From positions 87,081-151,080 of the forward strand of contig JBMORQ010000027.1 in the NCBI GenBank assembly GCA_049322575.1: a DNA stretch of 64,000 bases, written 5' to 3'. The notes under the pieces were generated by a model. That model was given only the letters and a program-made list of their open reading frames with translations. It was not told the DNA's origin and did no database searches. A program made the translations under genes and the position numbers. This DNA comes from Patescibacteria group bacterium (lineage in GTDB: Bacteria; Patescibacteriota; Microgenomatia; UBA1400; PJMF01). Shown here piece by piece: positions 40,137-49,237 of this stretch (positions are counted from its first letter, which is position 1; each line of letters begins with the position of its first letter).

Positions 40137-40405
40137 CCAAGTTCCAGTTCGTTATCAATTAATTTTGCCAACTCTATAACAGTCTCGCCGGCGTCGGTTA
40201 GTTCGTTTAGCGAGTCTTCGTAATCAAGTGAGACTGAAAATTCATCATCGATTTTGCGCAAAAGCCTAGAAAAGTCCTCATCGAGATTAAAACCCAAGTC
40301 CTCCTCCAGGTGGGAATCTAAGTGAATCTCTGAAGCATCGTTACCTGTCATCTCGGACAAGACTTCGCGCAAACGTTCAAATGACTTAGGAACTGGTTTA
40401 TTCAT
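40133..40405 (-). CDS. Acyl-carrier-protein-like small acidic protein. The conserved phosphopantetheine-attachment Ser is replaced (DLGFNLDE instead of DLGADSLD).
   Basis: Aligns by eye to the ACP helix II-III region (EEDLGFNLDEDFSRLL..IDDEF). Sits next to rnc, where acpP is in many bacteria. Confidence 0.45.
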   Translation of the reverse strand: MNKPVPKSFERLREVLSEMTGNDASEIHLDSHLEEDLGFNLDEDFSRLLRKIDDEFSVSLDYEDSLNELTDAGETVIELAKLIDNELELG

Positions 40406-40460
40406 ATTTTTCCTGTATTCGTATTTACTAAGTTACAAAGATATAGATGTTATTTAGTGG

Positions 40461-40904
40461 CTATTCGTCAGAGACTTGACCATTGTTATCCTGATGTTTG
40501 GTATTTTGTTCAACGTTCACCAAAATCTTGCCCAGAACACCGTTAACAAACTTAGGCGACGATTCTGTGCCAAACTCCTTGGCTAGCTCAACTGCCTCGT
40601 TGATCAATACCTTGATCGGTGTTTTCTTATGTTTTGATTCAAACATGACCAAACGTAGGATCGCAAGATCCACTTTGTTGATCTCGGATAAAGGTCGCTC
40701 GGTGGCCACCTCCTGAATTTGGCGATCTAACTCCTCAGTCTCGGTGAAAATCTCCTCGACTTCCTTGGTAATCTCTGGGTCGGTGACATACTGCTCACCT
40801 TGATTGGTGAAATCTCGAGAGAAAACCGCCTGCATCAGTTCGATGCGACGCTGATGGCGAGGATCTTCTGCTTGAGGCGACTGTGGTTGATTGTTGTCCG
40901 TCAT
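40461..40904 (-). CDS. nusB: Transcription antitermination factor NusB
   Basis: RRIELMQAVF, AILRLVMFE, FVNGVLGKI. Confidence 0.8.
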   Translation of the reverse strand: MTDNNQPQSPQAEDPRHQRRIELMQAVFSRDFTNQGEQYVTDPEITKEVEEIFTETEELDRQIQEVATERPLSEINKVDLAILRLVMFESKHKKTPIKVLINEAVELAKEFGTESSPKFVNGVLGKILVNVEQNTKHQDNNGQVSDE

Positions 40905-41107
40905 ATTTTATAGATAATTAACTAGGCCGTTACTTTTAACTGTCTATCAATTTTGCTCAGTGATTTACCTAGCGTCCCATACATACGAAATAAGTGTTGT
41001 TAGCCTAAAACAGATTACTCAAGCTGACAAGGGGAACAAAGGACTTGTATACCAACTAAAACAACTTGTCGTAAAAAGACCTTTAAAAGCTCACGTCAAA
41101 GATGAAA

Positions 41108-41284
41108 TTATTTCTTCTCGGCTTTGATCTCTAAACCCACAGCCTTCAGGATGGTGCTGACCAAACCCTTTTTATGGTTTGGAACGACCGAAATCTTGGC
41201 GTCTTTCTTAATGCTTGGCAAATTGCCCTTGCGACGCTTGCCACGCTCAACGCTGGTGATTTTATTTTTTGGTAGTGCTGACAT
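41108..41284 (-). CDS. rpmF: Putative 50S ribosomal protein L32 (58 aa). Not in the ORF track.
   Basis: Minus-strand ORF MSALPKNKITSVERGKRRKGNLPSIKK... has an L32-like PK.K.S..R..RR N-terminal pattern. The assignment is tentative. Confidence 0.4.
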   Translation of the reverse strand: MSALPKNKITSVERGKRRKGNLPSIKKDAKISVVPNHKKGLVSTILKAVGLEIKAEKK

Positions 41285-41543
41285 ATTTGTTGGCTTGAGT
41301 CGGAGTTTTTGTTGGACTTTGTGGAACGACGATAGGCAACTGCCCTGATATCGATCCCTACCTCAACAAAAAGCCAGACCCAAACACTTCCTTCTCACGC
41401 TACTTACTAATTTTTATCTTGCCCTTGCTGGTCTTTAATTACTAACAAAGACGCCGACTATTATACACGGATATTGAGCAGATTGAGGGGGGAATGCGGA
41501 GTGGAATGCGAGGCTAGCACTTGTGAGACCAATTTACTGAACT

Positions 41544-41630
41544 TGAGAGCAAGAACGGGGAAGGTAATACAGAGGTAAATTGAGAGCAAGAACGGGGAAG
41601 GTAATACAGAGGTAAATTGAGAGCAAGCTC
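41544..41630. repeat. 37-bp direct tandem repeat (2.3 copies) in a 615-bp intergenic region
   Basis: tgagagcaagaacggggaaggtaatacagaggtaaat occurs twice, followed by the partial copy tgagagcaagctc. Confidence 0.85.
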
Positions 41631-42196
41631 ATAATTAATGCATCTATGCTGAGAACACTTATGACACTCGTATGTATAGTTGATTTTATTGAGATATGAT
41701 ACTATTAACCAGTCTTATAAAGACATCATATACTAGCTTGCGGCCAAGGTCATATCTGGCGGTAAGTTTAAAATTGCTAAGTCAATCAGGCTGAGTTCTC
41801 TCTTGAACTTTGTCGCTAACAGCCTGGTGGTATGTAAGTGGTGTGTATATGAATGTCTTATAAGAGTGAGTATAATGACGTTGCCTTCGAAACAAGTGGG
41901 TGAAAGTGTATTCTATGAACAGTGAGATTCAAAAAAAAGAAGCATTGAAACAAAGGCTCGAGTCCATCTCCGAGCAACTTGACCTTAAATACCAGCCCCT
42001 TGAACAATTCATTGCCCAGCTTGATAGCGAAAGCAGAATTCCTCTTGCGATCGGCATACAACTTGCAAAATCATTCGAATCAGCTCTTGCCCTACTTAAC
42101 CCTGAAGATATTAAACTCATTGCACAAGTAGTTGATAAGGCTTTCTCAGTTTCAAGAAAAATAGAGGATATTCAACTCTTCTTGCAAACCCTAGAA

Positions 42197-43984
42197 ATGC
42201 CTAGATTGAATACTGCCAAGGCAATTGCCAGTTTGATCCTGTTGGTTTCATTCTTAAGCGGCTGTTTGAGCCCTGGCGCTTCGGCTCAGGAAAACCCAAC
42301 CAACACCAACGGGCCAAGAGTTACTGAGACAGCACAAGTGCAGATGCCAACTGAAACTAACGTGGATCCAACTGGTACAAATAGCGATCCAACCGCTGAC
42401 AACCCGACTGTACCGGTGAGCCCGGAGGCAGCGGCGACTGGTACAAACTCACCCACTGAGACAGCCTCCCCCACATTTACAGTAGCTCCAATAGAGGTCG
42501 GTCCTCTTCCAACCGAGGTAACAGGTCCGGAAAACCTATCTGTAGCTAGACTTGCTGTCACATATACAGGACTATCAAATCTATGGGGTGGAAATAAAGA
42601 GGCTCTTGAGAAGGAAAAATTATCAATATGTCTTCCCATTTATAAGGAAGTGGCCTTGGAAATTAAGGGAAGCGAATACATTAACAACTATTACATTACG
42701 GATTGCAGGGGCGACGGTGCTCCCATGTTTGTAAATAGTGAAGGTCAAGAGATTGATGCTAAAAGTTATTTTGCTCTCTACCATGACATAGACATCAGCA
42801 AAGTTGGCAATATCATTCCCGTAACCGATATCAATCAGATTAATCTTGGCATAGATGATAGACTAACAGTTTTTCTTACTAATTCAGAACCAGTTACTTA
42901 TAGAGGCATCGACGGTATTGGAAATCCTCTCAGACTCGTACCAAATCGCGGAAAAGATGCTGGAACAATCCCTGAATTTTATATTGTTGATGCATTAGTT
43001 AGAGTCGATGGCATAGCTGCAGATGGCTCTATCTTTCGAACTGATCTTCTTCGCTGCCAATATGACGCAACCCGCAACGTAGCCCCAGTTGTAGTCGTAA
43101 TTGACGGACAAAACCGTTTTGGGAAAATTGATCAGTCAACGGGTGAAATCACTGCTTATTACGCAAACGGTGTGTGGGTTGACATCGCATACGAGGATAC
43201 TGAACCAACACAGGTAGCTGCTGTGCCAACGCAAACTAAAATATCAGCAACTGAAACTTCAGGTGCAATGCATATTGATATGGCAACAGCTGGCAATATG
43301 ACCACACTAACTTGGGGGGAGGGGTTAAACCTTAACATGCAAACTCTTCCTGGAGTTGAGATTGGACCTGGACCAAAAGCTAACATGCAACCCATAAAAG
43401 GTCATGAAGGACTTTATTCCGTTTGGGGAAATTATGGAAAAGAGTTTCACTTTACAAAAGACCCATTAACATTTAACTACGTTGACGAACAAGGAAGAAA
43501 TATCACAGCTATAATTTTTGAACTAGCGGAAACAACATTTAAAGATATTGATAAAAAATCTCAAGAATCATATGTTTCTACTCAGTTACTTGCTTATGAT
43601 GAAGATGGATATGTTACAAGATTAATTCTTTTAGCACAGGGAATAGATTTAGATAATTATCCTGCCGTTAATAATTTAACTTCAAAAGAAGAAAGAATGA
43701 AAGCTATTAATGGACTAATAAAATCGCTTAGTTCAATAAACTATTCTACAAGCACTAGGAGAACGGGGTTGGGAGAAGACTTCGAATACCACCCCAATGA
43801 TCCAGAACGTTTCATGGAATTTGTTGTTAGCAACAGTAAAATTCAGAAGGCAATCACCAACATACTGACTTCTGGAGCCGGTGGTTTGGGAGATAATAAT
43901 CTAGAACTAATCAAACAAGCTATTGAAGCAGGAATACTTATCCCGAGCAATGAGTTGGAAGGCCAAGTCTTGAATATAAAATAA
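42197..43984 (+). CDS. Surface lipoprotein of unknown function. The lipobox start at 42197 is preferred; the ORF track extends in frame to 41900.
   Basis: MPRLNTAKAIASLILLVSFLSGC has a signal peptide plus LSGC lipobox, followed by a Thr/Pro/Asn-rich linker and a domain of about 480 aa with no motif I recognise. Confidence 0.6.
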   Translation: MPRLNTAKAIASLILLVSFLSGCLSPGASAQENPTNTNGPRVTETAQVQMPTETNVDPTGTNSDPTADNPTVPVSPEAAATGTNSPTETASPTFTVAPIEVGPLPTEVTGPENLSVARLAVTYTGLSNLWGGNKEALEKEKLSICLPIYKEVALEIKGSEYINNYYITDCRGDGAPMFVNSEGQEIDAKSYFALYHDIDISKVGNIIPVTDINQINLGIDDRLTVFLTNSEPVTYRGIDGIGNPLRLVPNRGKDAGTIPEFYIVDALVRVDGIAADGSIFRTDLLRCQYDATRNVAPVVVVIDGQNRFGKIDQSTGEITAYYANGVWVDIAYEDTEPTQVAAVPTQTKISATETSGAMHIDMATAGNMTTLTWGEGLNLNMQTLPGVEIGPGPKANMQPIKGHEGLYSVWGNYGKEFHFTKDPLTFNYVDEQGRNITAIIFELAETTFKDIDKKSQESYVSTQLLAYDEDGYVTRLILLAQGIDLDNYPAVNNLTSKEERMKAINGLIKSLSSINYSTSTRRTGLGEDFEYHPNDPERFMEFVVSNSKIQKAITNILTSGAGGLGDNNLELIKQAIEAGILIPSNELEGQVLNIK

Positions 43985-44059
43985 TGACGAATCTTAACAA
44001 CAAAGAGACACAGCAACTAGGTACTGGATTAAGAAATAAAAATATGCATAATTAATTGC

Positions 44060-44737
44060 ATGAATCGAACAAGGTTCTTCGTTGTAATATTGTTTGTCTC
44101 GTTATTGATTACTTCCTCTGTTGTCATTTTAAAAATTCTAAATAGACGAAGCACTGGTTACCCTCAAAAAAACCAGCAGTCTTTGGATTTCAGGTTATCT
44201 GATTACAATAAAAAAACTATTGTTGATCAGAGAGGTGATATTTTTATTTCAACAATAGCTTTTACCGGGATTGAAGAGCTAATGATGCCAGTAGATATTG
44301 GATCTGCGGAGATTCCAATCGTTTACAAAGGATATATTTCCTCTGGAGAAACAAAACGAGTAATTCAGATAGCAGCCGTTGTAAGAAGTAAGAGTGATTC
44401 CCAGAAACACTTCTACTGTGTTATTGGCATATCATGCACGGAAACAACCAGCTGGTCTAGCGCAGTTGATTCTAATATATTGAAACGTCTGTTCAAAATG
44501 GCGGCAAAGAACGATTCAACAAAACAGCTACCAGAATCAAGCGGATTATTACACCTTCAGTTGGGTATACCATCTAATCAATATACCGAGACTCAAACAA
44601 TAATACCCCTGTCACAATATTTATTAGAAATATATTCAAAAGATGATTTTAACAATTTCTATCAAAAACAGGATTATTCATATATCGAAAAACAGGGAAT
44701 AATAATCCCTATTTCTATAGCTTTTGAAAAGATTTAG
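44060..44737 (+). CDS. Hypothetical membrane-anchored protein (N-terminal TM), AT-rich gene
   Basis: MNRTRFFVVILFVSLLITSSVVIL TM anchor. Its stop codon abuts the ATG of the downstream gene (tagatg). Confidence 0.5.
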   Translation: MNRTRFFVVILFVSLLITSSVVILKILNRRSTGYPQKNQQSLDFRLSDYNKKTIVDQRGDIFISTIAFTGIEELMMPVDIGSAEIPIVYKGYISSGETKRVIQIAAVVRSKSDSQKHFYCVIGISCTETTSWSSAVDSNILKRLFKMAAKNDSTKQLPESSGLLHLQLGIPSNQYTETQTIIPLSQYLLEIYSKDDFNNFYQKQDYSYIEKQGIIIPISIAFEKI

Positions 44738-47509
44738 ATGAGAACAAAATATATTATTTTTTTGACTTTCCTATTTTTATATTTTTTCTGTTTTTACAAA
44801 GACGTAACTGCTGATGCAAGGTGTGGGATTGGTTCGTATTGTTCAGATAGCACCGGCGGTGAAGTAGTTACACAATGTTTTTGGAATGGTGCTTACTGTG
44901 AAAATTATAGATGGCACTGGGAGGCTGCAGATTGTAGCGGTAGCCCTACTTGCTATGATAGTGATTTTCCAAGCGGAGAATGTCCCGGATTACCTCCCTC
45001 AGGCACAAGTAAAGTCTATAGCTGTCCAATTGGAAATGGGGAAAATGATCATTTATGCGCAGGTTGTGACCCTTATGCTGTAGTAGACCTTGACGCACAA
45101 ACTCCAGAATCTAACTTCTGTACTGTTGGAGCTTATACCGATGTATGTAGTTGTCTTCCACAAAATGTCTCATGCGGTCCGCCCACAGGAAATGGCATGT
45201 GGTGCTGCCTCGCCGACGACGTCACCCCCACCCCCGGTGGTGGTGGCGGGCCAGGACCCACCACCCCTCCAGCTGCTCCCAACGATCCAATCGGTTATCA
45301 CGATGCCGTCAACTGTAACGGAGAGCAGATCTGGGGTTGGGCCTGTGACCCAGACAACTACAACGCGACTTTGCAGATCGACATTTACATAGACGGCAAT
45401 TATGTACCGCCAACCATCGCAAATCTCAATCGTCCAGACATTGCTGGTGTTTGTGGCGGTACCACTAACCACGGTTTCACTTACACCATCCCAGAGCAAT
45501 ACCGCGATGGTAACTGTCATTCGGTTCAGGCTTATGCACTCAACGCTTCTGGCACCCCAGGCAACAATTTTGGCTTAACTAACTCACCTAGAACTCTCTG
45601 CGGTTGTTATACCAACAAGAGTTGTACCATCAGCTTGTCTGGATCTAATCAGATAGTCTATAGTGGTTCACAAGTTGGCCCTGTTTTCCAGGTTGTTGCT
45701 TCTTCCGCCGAAACATATGACACATCGCATCTCTATATCATGCGTGATACCAACTCAGTGATCAGCCCAGCGCCGCTGTATTCAATAGATTCTGATCCAT
45801 ATCAAACCATGTCAACCGTTGTTGGTGGTTTGTACTACTATTACAACTCTCCTGTTTGTCACCCAAGTTTTGGCAATGCTTGCTCCTTTGGCGTCACTCT
45901 CAGCAGCCTGCCACCTGGCCGCTATGCCGCCTTTTGTGACGTCAGTGATAGTACAAACGGCAGCGACAGCTGTTCAGGTAATCCAAACTGTACCTTCAAC
46001 TCTTCAAGTTATCTCAGTCTCAGCTGTACCGGTTTCCGCGACTGTTCAAACAGTGACTGGACGACTTTTACCGTTGTCACACCATCTCCGAGTCCCACGC
46101 CAACTCCAACACCCAGTGCTTCGCCTACACCCAGCTCCACACCCACCCCAACTCCTACGCCGGCGATCCAAGGTTTCTTCTATGAGGAAACTGGCAGTAC
46201 TTTTATGGGTTCGGTTATTTGCTCAGATTTAAGTGGCATAACTCCTGCCCCGGTAGCACTTAGTAACTCAGTCGGTGGCATTTCAGCACATCGCACCAGT
46301 CCGGCAGGGGATTATGCTGGAGTGATTAGTAGTGATCGATTTAGCATCAATACTCCAGATAGTTCAGCTAACAACTATTCAGTTACTCTTGATCTCAATG
46401 GGCAAACTGATCCGTCCAACACCTGGGTCTGTTCTTGTCCACAAACTGTTGGCGGGGATCCTTTCGTTTGCCAATATCATGATGATATTCTCGGAATAGG
46501 TGGTAACCAGAAAAATGTGCCCTTTTTCTTAACAAACTACAACCTCAGCAACATCAGCTGGTGGCAAGTTGCTGGTGGCAACACTTATGCCCGTAATGTG
46601 ATTCGTTCACAAGTTCCATACGATATATGCAACCCAGAAAGTACTTGCTATGCCGGCCTGATGGCTGGTCTGCCTTGGAATAATAGCATTAGCAATACTG
46701 CTGGTTTCCCTCTGGTAGGCCAGGGTGGATCAATCATCACCAGCGATGACGGCACAAATTACATTCATGCGCCAGGATCAAGAAACCTAGCCGAACAGGG
46801 TAGAGGAATCGGCATTAGCTTGCCAAGAGAGGATTATGCTTATTTCTACGAACGGTTTGGTGCATCGGCTACACCATTAGGGGGTACTAATCCCAATAAA
46901 CCAGCCTCTGGTAGCTACATCACTAGTGGTTCAATTACTATCAACGAAACTAATTCTTGGTCTGTCTCCAGTGGCGAATCAATCGTTGTTTTCGTCAACG
47001 GCAACTTAACCATTGACTCCGCCTCAGCCGACACTAGGCTTACCCAAGTGGCCACGGGCGGTTATCTGGCATTTATCGTCGCCGGGAATATTACGATTGG
47101 TGATAGAGTTGGTTACTCAGATCCTCTGACTGATGCCACCCAACCAACCAATACCAATCTCGAGGGTGTGTTTATTGCCGACGGCACGATTACCGTTGCC
47201 AGTGATAACAATGCAACCACCATCGACAACAAATTTATTGCAGCTGGTACATTTGTAGGCTGGGGAGGTGTTAACCTTCAGCGTACTTATGAAGATGGCA
47301 GTTTAGGTGCGGCTAATAATAATCTGAGTCCGACCGAAACCTTTATTTTCCGCCCAGATCTGGTTGTCAACACTCCTGCATCAATGCGCTCGGCCCAATT
47401 CACCTGGCAAGAAATTAACCCCAGCTTTAACACCTTTGAGAGCCAGCCTCCTGTGGTCACCCCTACCGAGGAAGACCACATCGGTCCACCGGGCGGAAAT
47501 GTCATCTAG
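44738..47509 (+). CDS. Large (923 aa) Cys-rich secreted protein, a candidate pilus-associated adhesin. It has a signal peptide, Cys-rich N-terminal modules, a PT linker and a beta-helix-like C-terminal region.
   Basis: Signal peptide MRTKYIIFLTFLFLYFFCFY. More than 40 Cys in the first 600 aa. Linker TPSPSPTPTPTPSASPTPSSTPTPTPTP. Repetitive segment GNLTIDSASADTRL..GNITIGDRVG. Its 3' end overlaps the next pilin ORF. Confidence 0.6.
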   Translation: MRTKYIIFLTFLFLYFFCFYKDVTADARCGIGSYCSDSTGGEVVTQCFWNGAYCENYRWHWEAADCSGSPTCYDSDFPSGECPGLPPSGTSKVYSCPIGNGENDHLCAGCDPYAVVDLDAQTPESNFCTVGAYTDVCSCLPQNVSCGPPTGNGMWCCLADDVTPTPGGGGGPGPTTPPAAPNDPIGYHDAVNCNGEQIWGWACDPDNYNATLQIDIYIDGNYVPPTIANLNRPDIAGVCGGTTNHGFTYTIPEQYRDGNCHSVQAYALNASGTPGNNFGLTNSPRTLCGCYTNKSCTISLSGSNQIVYSGSQVGPVFQVVASSAETYDTSHLYIMRDTNSVISPAPLYSIDSDPYQTMSTVVGGLYYYYNSPVCHPSFGNACSFGVTLSSLPPGRYAAFCDVSDSTNGSDSCSGNPNCTFNSSSYLSLSCTGFRDCSNSDWTTFTVVTPSPSPTPTPTPSASPTPSSTPTPTPTPAIQGFFYEETGSTFMGSVICSDLSGITPAPVALSNSVGGISAHRTSPAGDYAGVISSDRFSINTPDSSANNYSVTLDLNGQTDPSNTWVCSCPQTVGGDPFVCQYHDDILGIGGNQKNVPFFLTNYNLSNISWWQVAGGNTYARNVIRSQVPYDICNPESTCYAGLMAGLPWNNSISNTAGFPLVGQGGSIITSDDGTNYIHAPGSRNLAEQGRGIGISLPREDYAYFYERFGASATPLGGTNPNKPASGSYITSGSITINETNSWSVSSGESIVVFVNGNLTIDSASADTRLTQVATGGYLAFIVAGNITIGDRVGYSDPLTDATQPTNTNLEGVFIADGTITVASDNNATTIDNKFIAAGTFVGWGGVNLQRTYEDGSLGAANNNLSPTETFIFRPDLVVNTPASMRSAQFTWQEINPSFNTFESQPPVVTPTEEDHIGPPGGNVI

Positions 47510-47549
47510 CCTCGGCGCGTCGTATCGTTTGGCAAAAGTCAACTTAACC

Positions 47550-48116
47550 ATGATCCAACAACAAAAGCAAACCAATCTATCTCTGCATGGCCACCAAATA
47601 AAAACGGCGAATCAAGCGGGATTTACGGTGATTGAGCTCTTGATCGTTACTCTACTTTCAGTAATGTTGATGATGGCTGTGTCGACGGTTTTCATGACCT
47701 TCATGCTTAATAGCGCAAAACTGAGCATCGAACAATCAATCAAGGCCGAGGGTAGCCACACAGTTGACCAAATTGCCACAATTCTACGTAATGCCAGAAC
47801 CATAGAAAGCTGCACCACTGACATGGTCTCCGTAGTAGTTAGAGATGTTGACGACCAACAACTCCAGATCTACACAACTCCATCCTTGAACGGAGAACAT
47901 CGTATTGCTGTCCGTAACTTAACCACCAACACCACTAAGAATTTCACCTCAGCCGACAACACCATCACTCCAAGTTTGAGGTTTAACTGCTTTTCAGATG
48001 ACAACTCAACCTTTGTTAGCTATAGCTTTGGCCTGAAACGCGGCCCTGGTATAGAACCAGATCGCGATACCGCTATAATCAATTTTTCCGGCAGTGTCGA
48101 AATGAGAAATTTATAA
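47550..48116 (+). CDS. Type IV pilin-like protein (prepilin-type N-terminal cleavage/methylation domain). Alternative starts are at 47499 and 47364.
   Basis: ANQAG|FTVIELLIVTLLSVM class III signal. Confidence 0.7.
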   Translation: MIQQQKQTNLSLHGHQIKTANQAGFTVIELLIVTLLSVMLMMAVSTVFMTFMLNSAKLSIEQSIKAEGSHTVDQIATILRNARTIESCTTDMVSVVVRDVDDQQLQIYTTPSLNGEHRIAVRNLTTNTTKNFTSADNTITPSLRFNCFSDDNSTFVSYSFGLKRGPGIEPDRDTAIINFSGSVEMRNL

Positions 48117-48134
48117 TGTCAGTTAGCAAGAAAC

Positions 48135-48641
48135 CTATTGCCACTTTTTAAATTGTTGAACAGCACTCACTTGGTGTTCGAGACTACCCTCACCAGGCCA
48201 GTAAACATTGACCTCTACTTCCAAATAATCAGCGCCTTTGGTCACCGTGGCCTCACGACTGAATGCAACTCCGGAGTTTGCAATGGTCAGGCCGTAACTT
48301 GAACACTCTCCCAGAGAATATTTGCTAAACCCATCAGCGTAATCCGGCAAAGTATTGAAACAATAGACTCCTGAGTTAAGTTGAAGGTAAAACTCATCCC
48401 AGCCAAGCAAAGCTTTTTCACGCCTGAAGACCTCTAGTAACTTCTGAGCTTGTTGAGTTGCCAGCTCTCGGTATTTCGACTCAGCGTTAGTCTTAACCGA
48501 ATAGCTCAAGGCAGCGGCAATCGCTGTTAGAGTTGCTCCAATGATGGCCGTAGCGATTAATATCTCAACTAGGGTCGAACCGAGCTGGGAGAAGCGAAGC
48601 GCCATGGTTTTCGTTGATTTATTTGATGTTTGTTGATTCAT
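48135..48641 (-). CDS. Type IV pilin-like / pseudopilin protein
   Basis: SQLG|STLVEILIATAIIGATL prepilin-like N-terminus. Confidence 0.65.
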   Translation of the reverse strand: MNQQTSNKSTKTMALRFSQLGSTLVEILIATAIIGATLTAIAAALSYSVKTNAESKYRELATQQAQKLLEVFRREKALLGWDEFYLQLNSGVYCFNTLPDYADGFSKYSLGECSSYGLTIANSGVAFSREATVTKGADYLEVEVNVYWPGEGSLEHQVSAVQQFKKWQ

Positions 48642-48669
48642 AACTTGATTTTACTGACTTTTGCCCAAA

Positions 48670-49182
48670 TTAGTTCCAAGACCCCTCTGTCATACTTCCA
48701 CCTCTATCGACCTGAAAACTATATGACAAACCGCTATAGGTGACAGTGATATCAGTGTTGACCGAGCCGGTTACGCCTCCGTCAAGCACAAGGAAACTGA
48801 GGGTTAGGTTTGTGGGATCAACACTGTAGCCATTCGTTGAAAACTCAACTATCTGAGTTGGACCATTTCCTCCGGTACAAACGGGTGTAATACATAGCTG
48901 TGCTTCACCGCAAGTTAAGGTGTTATGAACAACCTGGTAACTGGCTAATTGGCCGTTACAGCCGGAAGGAATCTCGCCGGCTCGTGCTTTGCTCTGTGCT
49001 AATAAAAAGCCTGTTTTAAGCTGCCGAACTGTCTCTAAAACGGTCTGACGGTTGTTAAAGCTCATGTAACTGGCCACACCAATTCCAACCATTAAAAGCA
49101 TGATCCCAACACTCACCAATAACTCAATTAATGTGAAACCTAAGGTATTTGTGCTCTGGCAGGCCTGGTGCTTTTTCTGCAT
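48670..49182 (-). CDS. Type IV pilin-like protein
   Basis: TNTLG|FTLIELLVSVGIMLL. Confidence 0.75.
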   Translation of the reverse strand: MQKKHQACQSTNTLGFTLIELLVSVGIMLLMVGIGVASYMSFNNRQTVLETVRQLKTGFLLAQSKARAGEIPSGCNGQLASYQVVHNTLTCGEAQLCITPVCTGGNGPTQIVEFSTNGYSVDPTNLTLSFLVLDGGVTGSVNTDITVTYSGLSYSFQVDRGGSMTEGSWN

Positions 49183-49237
49183 CTACATTCATGATAAACG
49201 AAAAAACTTGAGTTGTCTTGACAACAATCAACTTGCT

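Noticed and set aside
41544-41630. A CRISPR array
   Set aside because: The 37-bp units are directly tandem with no spacers. There are only 2.3 copies and no cas genes nearby. It is a simple tandem repeat.
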